NCBI RefSeq assembly: GCF_009914755.1
Contig: NC_060934.1
Source: the human T2T-CHM13v2.0 reference genome, Homo sapiens
Reading direction: 5' to 3' (one strand)
DNA: 64,000 nt
Part shown: in pieces, positions 55,976 through 64,000 of the stretch
Position numbering within the stretch: the first letter of the stretch is position 1
Layout of the letters: each line of letters starts with the position of its first letter
Notes under the pieces: generated by a model
Told to the model about the DNA's origin: nothing
Databases searched by the model: none
The model's input: only the letters and a program-made list of their open reading frames with translations
Program-made: the position numbers and the translations under genes

Positions 55976-57579
55976 CAGGGATAATAACTACACAAATTTT
56001 CTCTGAGGGAGCTAAAAGGAAGACCTAATTCATTATTTCTAAACTCTAGTCTTCTAAGAGATAACAGTCTAGTTTTGTTATCCTGGTAATCTACATGTTC
56101 TTTAAACACTGGATACTCTGAGATCAAGATTCACACAGCCTGCAGCTGACCTACATAATATACCTGTTTTCTGACAGTAAATAATCAATGTAAAAGCTTT
56201 CTTACATCAGCTGTTGGGATCCATATTGACTTCTGTCCTAAATTTTTCCTAAAACATCTGCAAAGGTAATACACCAATTATGGAACTAGAAGAGAGATGC
56301 AAACAAACAAACAAAAACCCTTTTCTTCTTAATAACTAGTACTGTAACAGATGGTTTGTGACAGAACAGTGATATTACAACCCCCACTAATTATTAAAGG
56401 AGAGAGGAAATTCTGCTTACTTAATATCAGTCTTAATGGAATTCCATGGCAATCCCCTCCAAAGCATCCATCTCTGTTGCTTACCTAAGTCACAATCTTG
56501 GCGCCCTTGGCTCATTTATCATAGAAACCAGCAAAGCTTAATTATCTGCATGAATGGGGACACTTTTATTGAACTTGGGCAAGTTACTCATGCCCTCAGA
56601 ACACTAGGTTCATTAACAAAAATGGGAACTTTTGCTGTTAACCCACCCTGAGGACCTCAGTTGGATTATTGGAAGAAAACATGTTAGTTCTAATGCTGAG
56701 CTTCACTAGACATATATAGTTGATAAAACAAAGCTAAAGCTAAATCTACAGCTCAGAATTTGTTTCTAATAATTCTGGAATATTCTTATCTTGTAAATGC
56801 TGTGATGAACCAATACGGAGGTGCTAAATATGTGATTAAGTTAAATGTTTTGGTGTCTCAACTATCCTGTTTTAAGTCCTAAGTCTGCAACCAACTATCT
56901 GATACTGGAATTTTATATCATTGAGAAGTATATAAAAAGAGGACTTTTTAAAATCAATTCTTAAAAGAAAAACCATCATAACTATAGTTAGACTTTATCG
57001 AAATAATTCGTGAAAGCACTTAACATAGTACTTTAGTACTTAATAAAGGCAAAATTTTATATTATTCTATTTTTATTACAATTCAGTGATGCACACCTAA
57101 GAAATTGAATCAATTTCTTCTATCTCCTCTCTTGACATATTCCCCCCAAATCTTGTAATTAAACATAAAGTACTATAAAAAGTTGGAAAGTAATCAATAA
57201 CATTTTTAAAGGGAAAAGATTTTTTCCTTTTCCTTCACAATTTATAGAAAAATCTTGATAACAGAAGATTTTTGCTCTATGTCCCCTGATAGTTACTGTT
57301 TATTGGGCCTTGGAAAAGTCAGTTCTCATCTTTCTTAGGAAACTGCATTTTCTACAGCCATAAAAAAGAGAAATTATGTGTGACATGCTTAGTTCGGTAG
57401 GAACTTGGAAGAATTAAAAACTAATATTTATGGGAAACATTTATTTACTCAAAAAGTCTTATTTTTTGTTCAGATATTTTGACCTTGTATTCTTATTCCT
57501 TGAAATGTATTTTTAGAAAATAATTCTAATGAAGAAAGAAAAAGTGTATTTATATTAATTTTATATTTAGAAAATATAT

Positions 57580-59400
57580 TATTTTAATATGTTGTTGGAT
57601 TTATGTTCCTAATGTTTTGACAAGGATATTTATACCTATGGTCATGGAGGATATTTGCTGGTAACTTTCTTGGTGGCAGACTATGTTAGAATCATAAAGC
57701 CAGTTGGGAGATTCCTTTTCCTCCTCTATATTCTGGAAGAGTTTGTGTAATGTAGGTATTATTTCTTAAATATTGGATAAAACTCACCTATACATATATT
57801 TATTTTTTCCTAATGAGAAGTTCACTATTATTTATATTGCTCTTCACTCTATGTAATATATCTATTTTCTCTGACTGCCTTCAAGTTCAATTTATCTTTA
57901 ATTTTCCTTAAACTGTGATGTGCTTATTTTTTTTTTGTATTTATTATTTTGAACCTTTTGATCCCAATAACTTGCATATGGGAAATGTAGTGTGATGTTT
58001 TTCACCAAATTTAAGGCAATTCATCTATTATATTGAAATAGTTTTTCTCATCTGTTCTTTCTCTCCTAACTTCCTGGGACCCCAATTGTCTATACATTAG
58101 ATTGTTTAATATTACAATACAATTTGCTACCTGTTTATATTTTGTTCAGTTATTTAATAATTAATTAATCCATTTTGAGGCAGGGTCTCATTCCATAGCT
58201 TTCTGCAGTGTTGAACTCCTCAGCTCAAGCAATCCTCCAAACCTCAGCTTCCCGAGTAGCTGGGGCTACAAGGCATGCACCACTATGACAAGCTAGTTTA
58301 AAAGAAAAAAAAATTGTTTTGTAGAGATGGGGTCTCCCTATGTTGCTGAGGCTGGTCCCAAACTCCTGGGCTCAAGGAATCCTCCTGCATTGGCCTCCTA
58401 AAATGCTGGGATTACAACTGTGAGCAACTCTCCCCATCCTGTTTATTTTGTTTCAAAATCATGTTTTTCCATATTCTGAAAATTGGATATTTTCTGCTGA
58501 TCTGTCTTCATACTATTTGTCTCTTTCTATTGCAGTCTCAAATCTGTTATTGTTCATCCCATTCAGTGATTTATTTTTTCCTGTGAAATACTCTGCCTGT
58601 TATTTCCAGAATAAAATTATAGGCTCTATTTTTTTGCTGATATTCCCTATCAGTTTATTCATTATTACCACATTTTTTAACTCCTTGAATCTAATTTAAA
58701 GAGCTGCTTTAAAGTCTTTGAGACTTCTGATCATAAAAAAGGTTTATCTTGAGTTCTTTTCTAACTGACTACAATTTCGTCTTTCTGAAATAAGGGTCAT
58801 ATATTCTTGCTTTTTCTGATGCTCAGTATTTTTATTGCATTTTGCACATTGCAGCTATTTATTATAGGGAATTTGAAATATATTGTTTTCCTTTAGATGG
58901 TTCTGATTTTTGTTTTGTCAAATAGTTTGATTAATGACAGACATTGTCATCATTGATAAACCTTTTTTCTTTTGTTTGCTAATGTGCCTTTATTTTTCTT
59001 TTATTCTTAATCTTAAGTTTCTGCTGTTACTCAGGACATGTCCTTTACTACTTATTTGGCTTTTCTGGTATCTCAACTAAGTATCTGAGCTGCTTAGTGA
59101 GGTTTCTTCACTATGGTTTGGCTATAATTCCAATGTTTTCCAACCCTGTCCAACCTCCAGTAAATTTCCCAAGTCTCAATCACACAGTAACAGCTCTCTG
59201 CAAGGCCTCATAGAACCTTTCCTTGAACACCTGCCAGCCATCTTTAAGCCAAGGACCCTCCAGGAATCAGGGTACTGTCTTCTGCACCTCATTGTGTACA
59301 ACTTTCTTTTCTGTATTATTTTGCTGAGGATATTCTCACTGTCTCAGTAGTCTGAACTCTATCTTTACCTCAATTGTTCAGTAAAATACTAATCTGCTTT
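57580..59400 (-). mobile_element. Old L1M fragments (ORF2 piece, ORF1/5' region) with an Alu inside
   Basis: ttctggaagagtttgtgtaa; ttttctctgactgccttcaag; ctgggaccccaatt. Confidence 0.55.
58172..58440 (-). mobile_element. AluJo-like with an internal deletion in the right arm
   Basis: gaggcagggtctcattc jumps to catagct..tgcag; left arm intact (aactcctgggctcaag). Confidence 0.85.
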
Positions 59401-60629
59401 ATTATTATGCCTTCCACCCACCCAGCATGGAAGCTCATTCAGTGAAATGCTATGCTCAGTTGAGTGACAGTGCCATCCCTCTCTGCCTTACTCCCTTGAC
59501 TTGACTCTATCCGATTCACCAATATCACGTCCTCCGATCTCTACATCTGAAGTTCATCTCTACTCCCATTTTTATTTCACAATTGGGTTGGCAAAGAAAA
59601 TATTTGAATACATCCAGCTTTCTCCCTGCCACTCTGACCTAACTCAGTGAATCTTAATAACAGTTAGGTCATTTCTTTTGAAGCTGACCTAGATTTGAGT
59701 CTCACTGGTGAATTTTGAACTTAACTCTTTATTCGCATCACTGTAGCTTTGACTCTGAAAAGAATGACCTCTGATTCTCCACATTGGTCACAGTGTTCCA
59801 GGCCATTCCTCTGTGACTTTTCTGTTTTGCTCATAGAATTAATGTGCTCAACACTCATAAGCTGTATACTCCATTCCCACATTCCAATGAAATAGCTTTT
59901 CTAGGCCTGGAATCCTTCACTGATCCTTTTAGAGACAGCATTCAGTCACTCTCAAGTTCTAGGTACAGCTTAATTCTTCAAACTTTGAATCAAATGAAAT
60001 GCCTCAGTTCAAACATGTTCACCTTTTAAATGGAATATCTAAGTTGTTCAGCTCCACAAGCTGGTTATTTAAGAAAAGAATATGGCTTAGAAACAAATGA
60101 GCAATGTCCATAGTATTTCATGTAAACCTGATATGAGTCTATTATTGCAAGTTTGGTATTTTTAAATACTTTAAATAAAACTAAAGATGCCTTTAAATTG
60201 TCTTTTTTTCTGTCAATAAAATAATCAAAACGTTTGTTATGCCCCGATAAAAAATGTTCCATTTCTTTGCTTGGGATACAGAAGGAAAGGATGTCATAGT
60301 TTCTGCTCTTAAGCTGACAGGCCAGTGGTAGACTCAAGATCAACACCCCTGAAATAATGGTGTCCTTCCCGTGAAAGCCTATGGACATTTATGTGGCTCA
60401 AATTATAAAGGATTTACGGTTTCAGAAACTATCTGGCTATTTAGGTGATAATGTACTGAGAATAAGCTGCAATGAGACAGTTTGTCCATAAAATAGATGT
60501 TTTCCTGCTCCAAAAATATAATCAATTTTCTCCAAATTCACAAAATAAGCCATAATTTATCTCATCAAATTCTGATCAAATAAAAAGTAGATAGAGTTAT
60601 ATCAAACATACATACTATACATGCTTCTC

Positions 60630-60800
60630 ATACATTTTCCTGTGTGTTATCTCACTTAACCATTACAACAACCTACAGGCAGGATGGAGGAGGTATTTTA
60701 TTTACCAATTTAGAAAAATGAGGCTCAGTTTGGTCAAGTGACTTATTGAAGGTCACACAGCTAGTTAATTATCTTATCCAGTGCTATTTTTATTACACCA
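60630..60800 (-). mobile_element. MIR
   Basis: tatctcacttaacc..acaacaacct...tgaggctcag...aaggtcacacagctagt. Confidence 0.7.
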
Positions 60801-62340
60801 CTCTAATTTAGCTCCTTCAATACCAGTGAGACATCAAGACACTTCAATCAATAAGTTTAACTGTTTAATCAATAATTCAAGGAACTACTAATTGAATGGG
60901 GCAACATTTATGGATATATTAAAAGGCATCACTTTTCTAAGAAGCACTACCAAAGGTCATGTGATATTTGCAACTCAACCCACTTTGCCATAATCGTTTC
61001 TCTAAATAAATTATTCAGATTACAACTTACATGCTCTTTTGCTTTAAAATTCTGATAAACACATTTATTCTCAAGCTGCTCACTAGGCACATTAATATGT
61101 ATTTTCTCAAATACAATATATAAATATACTTTGTTTTGACCATGAACAGGTGAAGGCATCAGGAGAGTCCATTCAAGAGCAGGAAAAGAGAAAATTAGTT
61201 TGCACTATGAGGCCTGCACTTCAATCATGTCATTTCAGAATAAACATCTTCTGGGAGGCAACCACACAGATGCTTTCATAGCAGAATGAGGAGCTGATAT
61301 AAGCACCCAAGGGTGCTATCAATGAACAGCAGACATTTGCTGGTGAGCTGAGATCAGTGACTTTAATTCCAAGAGTAAAATGATCTTTGAAAAGGAAAAA
61401 TGCCCAGTGTTATCAGCCACTGTTGTGGAATCTTTGTACCCTGCATAACTAATTGGGTGTGAGAGCCAGCTCCATTCTGGTAGTTGTGGTAGAGGGTAAT
61501 CATAACATTTGCCTACTTGTGCTGTTTAGAGAATTTGACCTTCTCTAGAAAAACTCAGGAAAAGAAAAGCTTCAAGCTTTCAAAGTTTCAAGAAATTCTT
61601 TTGTGGTTATTGGAAATTAGGAAGTGAACAAAGTGAAAACAAAACGTTTCTAAGTGATTGTGGTGTATTTCTTTCATGTTTAAATTAAAGAAAACGCAAA
61701 GTAAATGAATTGAATATATTAATTTAAATCAACAAAAAGTGAATAGGAAATACATAAAAATATCAATATTATTCTATAAATGAAGCATCTATAGAGTTTT
61801 GTTCTTAACTGAATTGTTCTTAATACTGTTTGGATATGAGAAGAAACAGTTTCCATCTGGGAGTCAGATTCATATGAGTTCAAATCCTCAGCAGCTACTC
61901 AAAAGCTATGTGAATTTTGGAATATACATTAAGCTCTTTTGGTCACAAAACAATCAATCAAACACAACACAACAAAAAAAGTAATATCCTAAGCAAAATA
62001 AGGGTACTGAGATAACTCATTGAATCCAATAAATAAATAATCAGTTAGTGGAAAGCATTAAGATCTGGGCATTCCCGTGGACTTCAGCAAATGAATTTAG
62101 AGGAAATTTTTTTCTGAAATTCTACCACAAAAATTCTCAATCTTAGTTAGATGTCACAGTAATGTCCATGTGGAGGAGAGGCCGACACTCTGAACCTCTT
62201 GTTAAGTTGACTATATTGAGATGAAGCTTGTTTTATTGATGTATTTTACTTTTGGGACACACATCGAGAAGTGGCAAAAGGTTTATACAGGTGAAGGAGC
62301 TAAGTGCACACACACACTATATCCTCTGCACCATAAAGCA

Positions 62341-62358
62341 GTGTTATATATGTGTGTG

Positions 62359-62393
<35 letters not shown>

Positions 62394-62428
62394 GTGTTAT
62401 GTATATATAACACATACATAAACATACA
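62341..62428. repeat. Compound (TG)/(TA)/(CA) microsatellite
   Basis: Read directly. Confidence 0.9.
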
Positions 62429-63723
62429 GAAAAATATTTATTTATATAATTTTTTCCTTTTTCTTTTATAGCTGACTAGGTTTTCTTCCAATAAAGCCTT
62501 CTTTCAGGTACTCATGATTAATCTCTTGTGTAAATCATTGCCAATGATCTGCTCTTAACTTTCGTTACTGATTCTCAGTCCTGAGTGAGACTAAACTGCT
62601 AAGTATTCCTAAATTACCTAATTCCTTCTTCCCATACCTGCATAGACAAATCCAGCTAAAAACACAATCTCTCTTCTTTCAGGGACTTTAAGGTGATCAG
62701 GGAATGCCTTGGGGAACTTTAAGATAGAAGCCACAGTAAACCATATTAAAAGTGAGGGGGAGAGAAAGAGAGAGCAGTCACCAACATTAGCTTGACATCA
62801 GAGAGCTTCCCATGGTTTTGCAATTCTCAAAAGTGACCGGGGAAACAGTGGTCATATTTGGGTTTATATGTCTTTAAACCTGCATTGTTTGCAATTCTAT
62901 TGTTTCCAGCTATCATTGGCCCAAAGAGTGTTTTCTTCACATTTTTCTGTAAAATATGAAGAAATACATAACAGTTTCTTCTTCTACATGAGGCAGAAAG
63001 AGATGATGGTGAGACATAAAGCTGGGAACCCATTTATACTCTCTTCTGCATCATAGACCAGATTATTTATCTCAACAGAGGAAAAAAAAGACTAATAATG
63101 TACATTTCCACACTTGCCATGTGTTCTTTTAAAGTGACAGTGGCAGGTGGCAGGTGGAAATGTAATGTTAATTTTCATTTCTCTTGCCACATCCCTTTGA
63201 GAAAATCCTTCATTCTCTCATTCTTAAAACATTTCTCTCATTTCAACAGCCGATGACTGACTCAGGGCAAATTCAAGATTAGGCAAGCAAGAAAGCCACA
63301 GATAAGTCTATAAAGAACAGGCCATTTTTCATGCTATTTTTAAGCAAGATTGTTATCCTTCTTCCTCTTCTCCACCATGACACCACGTTACTGGTGCTGA
63401 AAGCCTATTATTGGCTAAGAGCAAGAAAGCAAGGTATTAAAAAGGGTCATTAGCATGTTTCTGATTTGGTAGTTATACAGGTTGACTGGAGTCCTTGTCA
63501 GTTCTGTTGATCTGGTTAATACTGTCTTCCTAAAGTCATCAGAATCAATGATATAAGACAAGGTGCTGCAATATCAAGTGCCTGCAGGTAACAAGAAAGA
63601 AATGAGGTATCTTGAGTGTAAGAAAACAGGGAGGATATTGGAAACTGAAGAGTGTGTGCTCATCTACGGTGAGTGGAAACTCAAACCCAGTGTTGCAAGG
63701 TCTTCACCTATTTAAAGGAAGCT

Positions 63724-64000
63724 AGCCCCTCTGCCTGGCCAGCTGCCCCGTCCGGGAAGGAGGTGTGGGGGTCAGCCCCCCGCCCGGCCAGCCGCCCCGT
63801 CCAGGAGGGAGGTGGGGGGGTCAGCCCCCCGCCCGGCCAGCCACCCCGTCCGGGAGGTGAGGGGCGCCTCTGCCCGGCTGCCCCTACTGGGAAGTGAGGA
63901 GCCCCTCTGCCCGGCCACCACCCCGTCTGGGAGGTGTACCCAACAGCTCATTGAGAACGGGCCATGATGACAATGGCAGTTTTGTGGAATAGAAAGGGGG
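63724..64000 (+). mobile_element. SVA, 5'-truncated (distal VNTR + start of SINE-R); continues off the right edge
   Basis: VNTR units gccccccgcccggccagccgccccgtcc; SINE-R start gtgtacccaacagctcattgagaacgggccatgatgac. Confidence 0.96.

Noticed and set aside
57099-57119. Palindrome aagaaattga-a-tcaatttctt
   Set aside because: 10-bp AT-rich arms are plausible by chance in 64 kb of AT-rich DNA.
63673-63897. Pro/Gly-rich 74-aa ORF
   Set aside because: Translation of the SVA VNTR from a GTG start.

Overview
Repeat-dense, AT-rich, non-coding primate genomic DNA. AluJ/S/Y, THE1 and L1PA elements plus an SVA place it in a hominoid, probably human. Most of the window is transposon debris: nested L1 fragments of several ages, one full-length dead L1 with its TSD (33122-39631), eight Alus, LTRs (THE1 solo, THE1 LTR+internal, MER66-like, LTR33-like, MLT1/MLT2), a MER1 hAT MITE, MIR/L2/L3 relics and a 5'-truncated SVA running off the right edge. 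I cannot support any protein-coding gene, RNA gene or CRISPR array. ORF-track entries are either L1 ORF1/ORF2 remnants or chance frames, many inside Alu/LTR/L1-UTR sequence. I found no convincing new biological system. The best observations are DNA-repair scars (a 100-bp inverted templated copy inside an L1, and a nested-palindrome patch), a THE1 cut off at its PPT, the SVA, an intact versus mutated DUX4 site in two THE1 LTRs, IRF/ETS/RUNX motif clusters and a few candidate + strand exons. Subfamily names come from recalled consensus features, not a RepeatMasker run, and boundaries of old repeats are approximate.
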